From: an uncultured Chloroflexia bacterium
GTDB taxonomy: Bacteria > Chloroflexota > Ktedonobacteria > Ktedonobacterales > JADMIN01
Reading direction: 5' to 3'
Length of the DNA: 32,000 nucleotides
NCBI GenBank assembly: GCA_963718915.1
Contig: CAVRAI010000003.1
Span: forward strand, 240,001 to 272,000
The notes under the pieces were generated by a model. The model was given only the letters and a program-made list of their open reading frames with translations, did no database searches and was not told the DNA's origin. The translations under genes and the position numbers were made by a program. Shown in pieces: positions 16,688 through 25,681 of this stretch. Each line of letters starts with the position of its first letter. Position 1 is the first letter of the stretch.

Positions 16688-17070
16688 GACGCCCCCTCGA
16701 TTCCAGCCGCTCCGCCCGCGCCGGGCAGCAGCCGCCGCGCCTCCGCCGCGCGCACCAGTTGGGCCAGCCGCGCCGCCTCCTCCTGCGCCACGCGCCGCCC
16801 GAAGCCGGTCAGGCGATAGTAGCGGCGGCGCTCGTCGTCGAGGGTGGAATCGGGGCGCTCGTCCGATTCTTCGATCATGCCCAGATCCAGCATCTGCCTG
16901 ATCGAGCGGTAGAGCGTGCCAGGGCCGATATGCATCTGGCCGTTCGTCGCTTCCGCGATCTCCCGCATGATGCCGTAGCCGTGCCGCTCACCAGTGGCGA
17001 GCGCCAGCAAGATGTGGAAGACCGCCGGGCTGAGTGGGAGCAACTCCTCCGGCGCTGGCTGCGTATCCAT
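16684..17070 (-). CDS. PadR-family transcriptional regulator
   Basis: The best start is ATG 17070 (MDTQPAPEELLPLSP...), with the SD GAGGGGAAG upstream. The winged HTH reads AVFHILLALATGERHGYGIMREI...GPGTLYRSIRQMLDLGMIEE...RRRYYRLT. The rest of ORF 16684..17589 is a 5' over-extension. Confidence 0.9.
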   Translation of the reverse strand: MDTQPAPEELLPLSPAVFHILLALATGERHGYGIMREIAEATNGQMHIGPGTLYRSIRQMLDLGMIEESDERPDSTLDDERRRYYRLTGFGRRVAQEEAARLAQLVRAAEARRLLPGAGGAAGIEGAS

Positions 17071-17096
17071 AGGCTTCCCCTCGCTAGCTCCACCTC

Positions 17097-17144
17097 GGAT
17101 ATATCCAATGTGGATATAGTATACGCAGGCGGGCGGTAAGTCAA
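17097..17144 (-). promoter_or_regulatory. Candidate promoter and operator of the padR operon
   Basis: The minus strand reads TTGACT (17139-17144), a 15-17 nt spacer, then TATACT/TACTAT (17116-17123). Immediately downstream are a perfect palindrome GGATATATCC (17097-17106) and a second GGATATA copy (17112-17118). Confidence 0.45.
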
Positions 17145-17217
17145 GAGGGCTATCTGAACTCGTCTGGATGTATGTCATGCAGGCAATGGTGAGCGTCAGG
17201 AAGGAGCGCATGTATCC

Positions 17218-17835
17218 ATGAAACGTGGGAGTGTGCTGTCTATCGTGGCGGGCGTTGTCGTCCTGGCTGTAGCTGTGTTCGCCGCGCTCAATCAGGGGTG
17301 GGTATTTGCTGATTCGTCGCTCGGGACCGTAGGCCTCAGCGCACCACCCCAGCCCACTCCAATACATCATTACGGCGCGGAGTACGGAGCGATAACCGAT
17401 ACGCTGACGTCCCCGGATAATGTTACCTTCCAAATCGTCGCTGTCCAGCGGGGTACACATGAGTGGCTGTTCCACATTCATGCGCACAACAACACAGGGA
17501 GCAACGTAACAGTTCTGGGCGCCAACGCCGATCACTATTTCGTCCTGGTCGGCCAAGGTATTCCCGGCACACCATACACCTTCGGGCAACTTACCGTCAG
17601 GCTAACGCTACCAGAACAAGCAGTGGCGGTGGCGCATCCAGCCTTGTCGTCTCTCGTTGCGGGAGGCGCCGACGCCGATGGCTGGCTGGTAGCCAACCTC
17701 TCGAACTTCAAATACACTCCGACCCAACTATTATATGTGTACGGAACCGTGACAGCGCCAGCATGTACCAACCCCCACGACCAGAGCACCTGCCATCCGT
17801 CTACAGGCTATAGCATCATCGCGTGGAACTTGTAG
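17218..17835 (+). CDS. Secreted or membrane-anchored hypothetical protein
   Basis: 205-aa ORF with GGAAGGAG upstream. It has an N-terminal signal/anchor (SVLSIVAGVVVLAVAVFAAL). The body is beta-rich and possibly DUF4352-like, but that call is weak. Confidence 0.65.
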   Translation: MKRGSVLSIVAGVVVLAVAVFAALNQGWVFADSSLGTVGLSAPPQPTPIHHYGAEYGAITDTLTSPDNVTFQIVAVQRGTHEWLFHIHAHNNTGSNVTVLGANADHYFVLVGQGIPGTPYTFGQLTVRLTLPEQAVAVAHPALSSLVAGGADADGWLVANLSNFKYTPTQLLYVYGTVTAPACTNPHDQSTCHPSTGYSIIAWNL

Positions 17836-17914
17836 CCTGGCGCTTCGCTCCTGACCGTCATTGAGCTGTCTTGATGCGCCGTAACTTTGAGGGTTGCGGC
17901 GCTTTTGGTTGATG

Positions 17915-18583
17915 TTATTGCTCACCGTAGCGGCGCTGCAGCTCATCCAGCGACATCCATGTTTCGACCGGCTCGGTCTCGTAGGTGGTGCCGTGGGCAA
18001 GGCGATCACGCCCGCCGGGATGGTAGAGGACGATGATGCCCATCAGGAAGAAGCGGTCGAGCCGGGTGCGGATGCTGCTGGGACGATAGCGGAGCGTAAA
18101 TCCCAACCGCGGCGCGCTCCGGCCCAGCAGCGTGTAGCCGTAGAGCGCGTGAACGTCCTTGGGGAAGCCGCCCGCCGCGACCCACTGCGCCAGCGCTCGC
18201 AGATCCTCGCGCATCATCCGTAGCTGCTGCCAGGGCGTCGTCTCGTTCACAATCCGGGCGAGGACGCGGCTGTTGACGTGGAGGATCGCTATAGGATCGC
18301 GCCGCTTGATTTGCGTGCCGTCGGGTAGCGTGATCGGTTTGGCATCGACATGCGAGAACTGTACCTCGAAGAGGTGATGGGGCGCGTTGGGGATCTCATG
18401 GTGGGGCATCACGCGCAAGGTCAGCCACTCCCACAGCGGCCAAAACCGCAGAAAGCCCCGCGCCTGCCCGCTATGCGAGCCAAAGACCAGCCGCCACCAC
18501 GCGCGCACCGGTCGTTCGTGTTGCTGCGGTGGCATCGGCTCTAGAGGCGCGGGCGCCGGGGAGTTATCGTTGATGTTATGCAT
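17915..18583 (-). CDS. YkoP-like domain protein
   Basis: 222-aa ORF that overlaps the upstream MFS stop by 8 nt (AATGCATAA). The blocks ITLPDGTQIKRRDPIAILHVNS, ALYGYTLLGRSAPRLGFTL and RFFLMGIIVLYHPGGRDRL resemble, from memory, the B. subtilis YkoP family. The family name is tentative. Confidence 0.6.
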   Translation of the reverse strand: MHNINDNSPAPAPLEPMPPQQHERPVRAWWRLVFGSHSGQARGFLRFWPLWEWLTLRVMPHHEIPNAPHHLFEVQFSHVDAKPITLPDGTQIKRRDPIAILHVNSRVLARIVNETTPWQQLRMMREDLRALAQWVAAGGFPKDVHALYGYTLLGRSAPRLGFTLRYRPSSIRTRLDRFFLMGIIVLYHPGGRDRLAHGTTYETEPVETWMSLDELQRRYGEQ

Positions 18584-19943
18584 TGCGCACCGCGAAGATG
18601 AAGACCGCGCCCGCGATCATGCAGAGCGCCGCCAGCAGAAAGACCAGTTGATAGCCGAGCGTCGTCTGGCCCGCCAGGCCGCTAAAATGCAGGACGACGG
18701 CTCCGACCAGTGGCGCGAGCAGCGTCGGAAAGTTGGATGAGACGCTCCAGATGCCCATGTCTTTGCCCGCGTTCTGCGCCACCGGCAGGACATCCACCGC
18801 CAGCGCCCAGTCCACACTGCTATAGGCGCCGAAGCCCACACCGAAGAGCAACCCCAGCGGCCACAGCGGCGTACCCGGCGGCAGGAAGAGAAATCCCGAC
18901 GCGGCGACAGCCATGCAGCCCGTCGCGATGCAGACCAGCGGCACCCGCCCAAGCGTCAGCCGCAGCCGGTCGGAGAGAATGCCCAGGGCGATCGCGCTCG
19001 CCGCCGCCCCTGCCAGCGCCAGCACCGCCAGCGCCGCCGTCTGTGTCACGAAATTGCTGCTCTGCGCGACATTGGCGAAGTAGTATTCGATGAAGGTCAT
19101 GAAGAGGCTCAGCCCCAGCATCACCGAGGCGCGCGTGAGAAAGACCCAGGTGAAGTTGCCATGCTGCCAGGGTGCGAGCCAGTCCGCCGCGAAGCGCTGT
19201 CGCCAGTTCCCACGCCAGCCATGCGGCTCCTCGAAACGCTGCTGTACGCGCAGCAACTCCAGCGGGGTCTCGCGGACGCCGAAGATGGTGAGTAGCACAC
19301 CCGCAATGAGCACGACGGCGGTGAACAGATAAAAAACCGCGCTGCCCGCAGTGATGGTATCCTGGGAGATCGCAATCGTGGTGACCGACCCCAGCAGCAC
19401 CGCCGCCAGTCCCAGGCTACAGGCGTTGCCCAGTATCGTCATCAGGCCGATATAGCCCGACTGCTCGCCACGTTGGCCGGTGGGAACCATATCGGGCAGC
19501 AACCCCTGATACGCGCCGCCAATCACTCCGCTGCCCATCTGAAATAGCAACAGCCCGACGAATAATCCACCAAGACTCCCCGGCCGCGCGAGCACGACAG
19601 CGCCCACCACCTCGATGGCGGCGCCCAGCGCAATGTAGGGCCGCCGCCGCCCCAGTGGGCCAGTGGTGCGATCCGAGAGCGCGCCGACGATGGGCGGAAT
19701 GAAGACCGCAACCAGGCTGCCCGCCGCCGAGAGCCAGCCGAGCAGCGTCGCCTGCTGGGCGTTGCCAATGCTCCCTGGCGTCACAAACAGCAATAACTGC
19801 ACCGGCAGAACGATGGGCAGCATCGCCGCCGTCTGAAAATTCAGTGAGAACCACAACACACTCAGGCGCAGGTGACCGCCGACGGAGACGTGTTCGCTCT
19901 GCTCGGCGGCGTTCGCCTCATCATGCAGGTTGTGGAGATTCAT
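18576..19943 (-). CDS. MFS transporter
   Basis: The likely start is ATG 19943 (MNLHNLHDE...). It has about 12 TM segments, and the loop motif GALSDRTTGPLGRRRPYI is typical of MFS/GPH-like carriers. Confidence 0.85.
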   Translation of the reverse strand: MNLHNLHDEANAAEQSEHVSVGGHLRLSVLWFSLNFQTAAMLPIVLPVQLLLFVTPGSIGNAQQATLLGWLSAAGSLVAVFIPPIVGALSDRTTGPLGRRRPYIALGAAIEVVGAVVLARPGSLGGLFVGLLLFQMGSGVIGGAYQGLLPDMVPTGQRGEQSGYIGLMTILGNACSLGLAAVLLGSVTTIAISQDTITAGSAVFYLFTAVVLIAGVLLTIFGVRETPLELLRVQQRFEEPHGWRGNWRQRFAADWLAPWQHGNFTWVFLTRASVMLGLSLFMTFIEYYFANVAQSSNFVTQTAALAVLALAGAAASAIALGILSDRLRLTLGRVPLVCIATGCMAVAASGFLFLPPGTPLWPLGLLFGVGFGAYSSVDWALAVDVLPVAQNAGKDMGIWSVSSNFPTLLAPLVGAVVLHFSGLAGQTTLGYQLVFLLAALCMIAGAVFIFAVRNA

Positions 19944-20090
19944 CGCGCCCCCAGATTCGCTCGCGGCGCCGCGAAGGCGCCTGCCTGACACTATAGCGTC
20001 ATTGGGGCATTTTGGATAGTGGGTCGCGGAGACTGGCTGGCCTCCTCCGAGCAAGCAGACCAGCCAGGAGCGGTACTGCGCGCGCTGCCG

Positions 20091-21440
20091 CTACTTGGCG
20101 TCAGACGCCGGATCGCTCGCTGGCGCGGATTCCTCGCCAGCGGCTGTCTCCGGTCGCAGTGTCGCGAGGTCGAAGTTGGGATCCAGTAGCGCATGCGGAT
20201 CGGGAACTGGAACAGCCTCCGCGATGAGATCGCGCACCAGGTCCATCTGCGCATCATCATTGACCATCATCACGCCGCGCAGTTTGCCGTCTTCGATAAA
20301 GAACGCGCTGAACTGGTCGCGTCCCAGCGCCCCTCGCACGACCACATGCGCCGCGCTCGCGGGGTAGCCCAGCATGTTGATGGCGAGATCGAACTGATCG
20401 GAGAAGAAATAGGGCACGTGGCGATAGACCTCATCGCCACCCGTCATATTGGCGGCGGCGGTCTGCCCAGTGGCAATTGCGTTATCCCAATGCTCGAAGT
20501 GCATCCGTCCGAGCACAGGGTCGGGATAGGCGGCGAGATCCCCGGCGGCGTAGATATCGGGCGCCGAGGTTTGCAGGTGATCGTTGACGACGATGCCCTG
20601 GCGCGGATCGACCTCCAGCCCGGCCTGTTGCGCCAGATCGATATTGAGCAGGATGCCGACACCGACGATGGCAAGATCGCAGGAAATCGTCTCAGGCTCG
20701 GCTGTTTCGCCGTCTCCCACTGGTGTAATCTCCACACCGGCCAGCCGTCCATCTTCGCCCGCTGTAAAGCCGGTCACGCCATGCTGGTAGCGCAGGGTGG
20801 CCCCACGCCGCTCGTACTGTTTGGCGAGATAGTCCGACAGCGCGGGCGGCAGCATGGATGGCCACGGGCGATCCAGTGGCTCGACAATCGTGACCTGCGC
20901 GCTGCGGAAGAGCGAGTTGGCGGCGGTTTCCAGCCCGATGAAGCCAGAGCCGACGACGACGACACGCTTGCCGTGCTGGGCCAACTCGTCGCGGATAGCG
21001 TCGGAATCCGTCACCGTCCGCAGGTAATAGATGCCCGGCAGATCGGCGTTAGGCACATCAAGGACGCGCGGGCGCCCGCCTACAGCCAACAACAGCTTGC
21101 CGTATGTCAGTGTCTGCCCATCGGCCAGGCGCACCGTTTTGGCGGCGGGATCGAGCGCGGTGACCTCGCCGTGCAGCAGCTCGACACGCTGCTCGTCATA
21201 CCACTCCGGCTCATGCACATAGATGCCACCGTTGCCATACGTGCCGGTGTCGTTGATCTCGCCACGCAGATACTCCTTGGAGAGCGGCGGACGGTTATAG
21301 GGGCGTTGCGGCTCCTTGCAGACGATGACGATGCTGCCGTTGGGGTCGCGCTTGCGGATCTCTTCGGCGGCGGTGGCCGATGCCAGCCCTCCGCCAATCA
21401 GCAGATATGTGACTGCGCGCCCTGACTGTGCCGATGCCAT
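20091..21440 (-). CDS. FAD/NAD(P)-dependent oxidoreductase (ferredoxin/rubredoxin-reductase-like, AIF family)
   Basis: Two Rossmann motifs are present (YLLIGGGLASATAA and VVVVGSGFIGLETA), along with RPPLSKEYL and a C-terminal reductase dimerisation domain. ATG 21440 has AGGAGG 6 nt upstream. The ORF could extend to 21455. Confidence 0.9.
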   Translation of the reverse strand: MASAQSGRAVTYLLIGGGLASATAAEEIRKRDPNGSIVIVCKEPQRPYNRPPLSKEYLRGEINDTGTYGNGGIYVHEPEWYDEQRVELLHGEVTALDPAAKTVRLADGQTLTYGKLLLAVGGRPRVLDVPNADLPGIYYLRTVTDSDAIRDELAQHGKRVVVVGSGFIGLETAANSLFRSAQVTIVEPLDRPWPSMLPPALSDYLAKQYERRGATLRYQHGVTGFTAGEDGRLAGVEITPVGDGETAEPETISCDLAIVGVGILLNIDLAQQAGLEVDPRQGIVVNDHLQTSAPDIYAAGDLAAYPDPVLGRMHFEHWDNAIATGQTAAANMTGGDEVYRHVPYFFSDQFDLAINMLGYPASAAHVVVRGALGRDQFSAFFIEDGKLRGVMMVNDDAQMDLVRDLIAEAVPVPDPHALLDPNFDLATLRPETAAGEESAPASDPASDAK

Positions 21441-21626
21441 CCGATGCCTCCTCATCTCGCGAACCAGAGCAAGCCATCAACCTGTCACTTCCTTTACGGT
21501 AGCACAATATGGGCCTGTGTGCGCTGACAACCGGGAAGCACAGGATGTTTCCAAAGCAGACTGATTCATGTAGACTGGAATTTAGGATAATATTGCTGCT
21601 GATACCAGGATTATGAGAGGTTGCGC

Positions 21627-22541
21627 ATGGCCATCCCCGACTTTCAATCGCTTATGCTGCCTGTTCTCACATTTCTCGCGGATGGGCAAGAACACGCGAT
21701 GCGCGAAACAATAAGCGCTCTTGCCGATATGTTTGGACTCACTGATGCGGAGCGGGCAGAGACGTTATCAAGTGGGCAGCATACCTTCGACAATCGGGTG
21801 CGCTGGGCCGTTGTATACATGAAGCAGGCGGGACTACTTGAGTCTGCGCGCCGGGGAGTCTATCACATCACGGAACGCGGCATGGAGACGCTCAGCCAGA
21901 ATCCTGCGCGTATAGATATCAATTTCCTGGCCCAATACCCTGAATTCAACGAATCCAGAGCCGGATCTCGCAGACAGCGCAACGGACATGTGGTTCCTGA
22001 AGCAATAGATCAAGATGCTCAGCAAACGCCTGAAGAGCGTCTGGAGGATGGCTACCAGCGCATACGACTGGAGTTGGCTCAGGAACTCCTCGCCCGGATC
22101 ATGGGGTGTTCTCCCAGCTTTTTCGAGCGGTTGGTCGTCGAGTTGCTCGTAAAAATGGGATACGGTGGCTCACGGAAGGATGCGGGGGAAGCAATCGGAC
22201 GCAGCGGGGACGAAGGAATTGACGGTATCATCAAAGAGGATCGGCTTGGGCTGGATACGATTTATATCCAGGCGAAGAGATGGCAGGGAACTGTTGGCCG
22301 ACCAGATATTCAGCGGTTTACGGGTGCGCTGATGGGGCAGCGGGCGCGGAAGGGCATATTCATCACCACTTCAGACTTCTCCCGCGAGGCGCGCGAGTAT
22401 GTCAGCCATATTGACAGCAAGATTGTCCTTATAGATGGTGAGCAGCTAGCTCAACTCATGATTGATTATGGCGTAGGTGTTTCTGTAGCTACCATCTATG
22501 AGATCAAAAAGGTAGATTCCGACTACTTCTCAGAGGTTTAA
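21627..22541 (+). CDS. mrr: Mrr-family type IV (modification-dependent) restriction endonuclease
   Basis: ATG 21627 has GAGAGG 6 nt upstream. The Mrr_N winged helix reads IPDFQSLMLPVLTFLADGQEH...RVRWAVVYMKQAGLLES. The catalytic core is FERLVVELLVKMGYGG...GDEGIDGIIKEDRLGLDTIYIQAKRW. The gene is visibly lower in GC than flanking genes. Confidence 0.9.
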   Translation: MAIPDFQSLMLPVLTFLADGQEHAMRETISALADMFGLTDAERAETLSSGQHTFDNRVRWAVVYMKQAGLLESARRGVYHITERGMETLSQNPARIDINFLAQYPEFNESRAGSRRQRNGHVVPEAIDQDAQQTPEERLEDGYQRIRLELAQELLARIMGCSPSFFERLVVELLVKMGYGGSRKDAGEAIGRSGDEGIDGIIKEDRLGLDTIYIQAKRWQGTVGRPDIQRFTGALMGQRARKGIFITTSDFSREAREYVSHIDSKIVLIDGEQLAQLMIDYGVGVSVATIYEIKKVDSDYFSEV

Positions 22542-22701
22542 CGCCTGTTCTGTCTGAGTGGTTTTTGCGTGACTCCTTCCCCCCTTGCCTCTTTCCGACA
22601 CGGGGAGATACGAATACTCTGCGAACTCTCATCACGTCGTAGTATATATAGGAAAATGCGACGCGAGGCCTAAATCCTGGATGAAAGGAGGGCTGCTCTA
22701 T

Positions 22702-23370
22702 ATGGCGCAGATAAAGCGTGCAAATGCGGCGGCGCGCCCATCCTGGACCACCGCGCAGACCGTCGAGGCTCTCCGCGCTTACGGCATCGATTATCTGGCT
22801 GCAAGCCACAATGACGACCGTGCCTCAGGCAAAGACAAGATGTCCACGCGCCCGCCAATCTCGCAATTGCTTCGGGCGCTGGCATGCTCTCATGAGCCGC
22901 GAGTGCGGGATGCCATGATCGGTCTGCTGCTACTTCACCCCGAAATCGCCCGCGATGTCGTTCGTGTTGTCTCGCGGGCACGCCTCCAGGGCGATGACGA
23001 ACTGGCCGAACAAACAATCACGCTGGCGCTGGCAGCAATTTACCTTCAGCGCATCTGGTGGTTTCAATTAGCGCTTACCGATGGGGCTTCCCCCGCGCTC
23101 GATGAAGCTCTTTTCGCGCCATGGTGGCTGGAGCGGAACCTACCGCCACCGTCCATCGGCTACGGCGAAACGGGATTGCGGTGGCTGGCAACCTACGAGC
23201 AGGAGCGGACAGGTGTCGCGGCGAACTTTGCCGGTGACTGGCAGAATCAGGCGCGCCATGTCATCACACAGGGTCGGACTCCTTCAGCGGTCGAACAGCG
23301 GCCTGCCGATGCGTCGCTACCATTGGACCGGCAAGCGCTTCGGCGGATGTTTTATGTCAGGACAGGGTGA
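22702..23370 (+). CDS. Hypothetical protein, upstream partner of the NTase-fold gene
   Basis: The likely start is ATG 22702, with AAAGGAGGG upstream. The 222-aa product is helical and I see no recognisable HTH or catalytic motif. Confidence 0.55.
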   Translation: MAQIKRANAAARPSWTTAQTVEALRAYGIDYLAASHNDDRASGKDKMSTRPPISQLLRALACSHEPRVRDAMIGLLLLHPEIARDVVRVVSRARLQGDDELAEQTITLALAAIYLQRIWWFQLALTDGASPALDEALFAPWWLERNLPPPSIGYGETGLRWLATYEQERTGVAANFAGDWQNQARHVITQGRTPSAVEQRPADASLPLDRQALRRMFYVRTG

Positions 23371-23383
23371 AAGAGAGCACGCC

Positions 23384-23944
23384 ATGAGCTTCCGTCCGGA
23401 TGTGTCACGTGATGATATCGAGCGATTCCTCCAGCAGTTTGGCCAGCTAAGCCAGCAGTCAGGACGCCTGTATCTTGCCGGTGGGGCAGAACTTGTGCAC
23501 GGCGGACTCCGTGGCGAGGGAGCTACGACGGTTGACATCGATCTGCGCCTGGATGTCAGCGATGAATCTGCCGCCGAGACGCTTATCCGGCAGCTTATGC
23601 GTCAACTTGGCATCAATGTGGAGCTTGCGTCGCCTGCTGACTTTATCCCGCTGCCTTCGGACTGGCAAACACGCTCGCCGTTTGTTGGGCGTTACGGAAA
23701 CACCGATGTCTTCTATTTCGATTATTACGCCCTTGCGCTCTCTAAAATCGCGCGGGGTACCAGCCGTGACCTGAGTGATGTGTTATTGCTCGCTCAGAAT
23801 GGGCTGATTCAGCGCGAGGATCTTGAGGCTGCCTACCAGCAAATTCTGCCGCAGCTCGGCCATGGCCGATTCTTCAACATTGATCCAGCGAAATTCGCGG
23901 AGCAGTATGCGGCAACCCTCGCTCTATTGCCTGACCCGAACTAA
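23384..23944 (+). CDS. Nucleotidyltransferase-fold protein (DUF6036/AbiEii-like)
   Basis: ATG 23384 lies 13 nt after the upstream stop. The NTase signature is LAGGAELVHGGLRGEGATTVDIDLRL. The C-terminal part reads DYYALALSKIARGTSRDLSDVLLLAQNGLI, which is typical of this NTase group. Confidence 0.65.
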   Translation: MSFRPDVSRDDIERFLQQFGQLSQQSGRLYLAGGAELVHGGLRGEGATTVDIDLRLDVSDESAAETLIRQLMRQLGINVELASPADFIPLPSDWQTRSPFVGRYGNTDVFYFDYYALALSKIARGTSRDLSDVLLLAQNGLIQREDLEAAYQQILPQLGHGRFFNIDPAKFAEQYAATLALLPDPN

Positions 23945-23976
23945 ATGCGTGGTGGACTATTTCTGCCTGGATCGCA

Positions 23977-24022
23977 TGATACAATCGGTGATGTCCTAAT
24001 GTCCTATTGGACACTATCACCG
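23977..24022 (+). promoter_or_regulatory. Candidate extended -10 promoter plus an imperfect inverted repeat upstream of hutH
   Basis: TGATACAAT lies at 23977-23985. It is followed by CGGTGATGTCC (23986-23996) ... GGACACTATCACCG (24009-24022), which enclose a direct repeat TGTCCTA/TGTCCTA. Confidence 0.35.
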
Positions 24023-24159
24023 GGCAAAAATAGACAGAGACGCGCAATGAAGCGCGAGGAGCATAGCAATGGCGAAACGGGCGAGCGCTGGAGACCCTTC
24101 ACACCATACGATCAGTAACGATTGGCGGGAGCGGCCAGACGGGCCTCTCACTGGCCGAC

Positions 24160-25650
24160 GTGGTGGCGGTTGCGCGCGCAGGCGCCGCGGTGCGGCTGGC
24201 GCCTGATGCGATAGATCGTGTGACGACGGCGCGCGCCTTCATCGAACGGATTGGCGCTGAGGAGCGCACCGTCTACGGCGTCACCACTGGCTTCGGCCAC
24301 CTCAGCAGCGTCAAAATCTCCAGCGGCAATCTGGCTGACCTCCAGCGCAATCTGATTCGCAGCCATGCCAGCGGCGTCGGCGAGCCATTCGCGCCGGATA
24401 CCGTGCGCGCGGTGATGCTGCTGCTGGCGAACAGCCTGGCGCGTGGCCATTCGGGCGTCCGCGTCGCGGTGATCGAGCTGCTCGTCAGCATGCTCAACGC
24501 GGGCGTCACTCCCGTCGTGCCGAAGCGCGGCTCCGTCGGCGCGAGCGGTGACCTCGCGCCGCTGGCCCACCTGGCGCTCACGCTGATTGGCGAGGGCGAG
24601 GCGGAGTATCAGGGCGAGCGGTTGCCCGGCGGCGCGGCGCTGGAGCGCGCGGGACTCACCCCGGTGACGCTGGGCGCGAAGGAGGGGCTGGCGCTCATCA
24701 ACGGCACCCACGTGATGGAGGCGTGCGGGACGCTGGCGCTGGCCGATGCCCGGCGGCTGGTACGCGCAGCGGAGGTGGCGGTGGCGATGTCCACCGAGGC
24801 GCTACTTGGCAGCTTTGTCCCGCTGGACGCCCGCATCCATGCCCTGCGCCCGCAGCCAGGACAGCAACAGACCGCCGCACGCCTGCGCGCGCTGCTGGCG
24901 GGGAGCGAGATCAACCCCAGCCACGCCGATTGCGGGCGGGTGCAGGATCCCTATACCCTGCGGTGCGCGCCACAGGTGCTCGGCGCGGCGCGTGACGCCC
25001 TTGCCTACTGCGCGGGCGTCTTCGATAACGAACTGGACGCCGTGACCGATAATCCGCTGATCTTCGCGCAGGACGGCGATGTGCTGAGCGGCGGCAACTT
25101 CCACGGACAGCCACTGGCGCTCGCGCTCGACTTCCTGGCGATTGCGCTGACGCACGTGGCGAGCTTCTCCGAGCGTCGCACATATAGTCTCCTAGAGCCG
25201 CACGCCTGGGATACTGGCGAACACGCGCTCAAGCCGTTTCTGACGCCGGAACCCGGCCTGAACTCCGGCTACATGATCGCGCAATATGTCGCGGCGGCGC
25301 TGGTCAACGAGATCAAGGTGTTGGCGCATCCCGCCAGCATCGATTCGATCCCCACCTCGGCGGGGATGGAAGACTTCGTCAGCATGGGTTCGACCGCCGC
25401 CATCAAGCTCCAGCAGTTGCTGCCGCTGGCCTGGCGCGTCATCGCCATCGAGTTGATCTGCGCCGCGCAGGGATTGGAGTTCCGCAAGCCGCTCCAGCCG
25501 GGCAAAGGCGTCGCCAGCGCGCATGCCGCCGTGCGCGAGATCGTGCCCGCGCTGACCAGCGACCGCCCGCCCGCGCCCGATATCGAGGCGCTGACCATCG
25601 CGCTGCAAGCTGGCCTGCTCGACGCCCTCGCGCCAGATAAGGAAGAATAG
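24160..25650 (+). CDS. hutH: Histidine ammonia-lyase
   Basis: The MIO-forming motif is GSVGASGDLAPLAHL. The selectivity dyad S-H in NLIRSHASGVG indicates HAL rather than PAL/TAL. The 5' end is uncertain: GTG 24160 is the first canonical start in this frame, but conserved-looking sequence extends upstream (see findings). Confidence 0.93.
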   Translation: MVAVARAGAAVRLAPDAIDRVTTARAFIERIGAEERTVYGVTTGFGHLSSVKISSGNLADLQRNLIRSHASGVGEPFAPDTVRAVMLLLANSLARGHSGVRVAVIELLVSMLNAGVTPVVPKRGSVGASGDLAPLAHLALTLIGEGEAEYQGERLPGGAALERAGLTPVTLGAKEGLALINGTHVMEACGTLALADARRLVRAAEVAVAMSTEALLGSFVPLDARIHALRPQPGQQQTAARLRALLAGSEINPSHADCGRVQDPYTLRCAPQVLGAARDALAYCAGVFDNELDAVTDNPLIFAQDGDVLSGGNFHGQPLALALDFLAIALTHVASFSERRTYSLLEPHAWDTGEHALKPFLTPEPGLNSGYMIAQYVAAALVNEIKVLAHPASIDSIPTSAGMEDFVSMGSTAAIKLQQLLPLAWRVIAIELICAAQGLEFRKPLQPGKGVASAHAAVREIVPALTSDRPPAPDIEALTIALQAGLLDALAPDKEE

Positions 25651-25681
25651 AGGCGGCTGTGAATCGCTGAGGAGGCGCACA

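Noticed and set aside
17876-17906. GCGCCG...CGGCGC followed by TTTT after the 17218..17835 gene, a possible intrinsic terminator
   Set aside because: The stem is only 6 bp with a 15-nt loop, which is too weak to call as a feature.
20193-21425. 410-aa plus-strand ORF antisense to the FAD oxidoreductase; likewise 28135..29196 (+) and 29721..30671 (+) opposite the aminotransferase and dehydrogenase
   Set aside because: Each lies opposite a gene with clear family motifs and shows shadow-ORF composition with no SD or start context.
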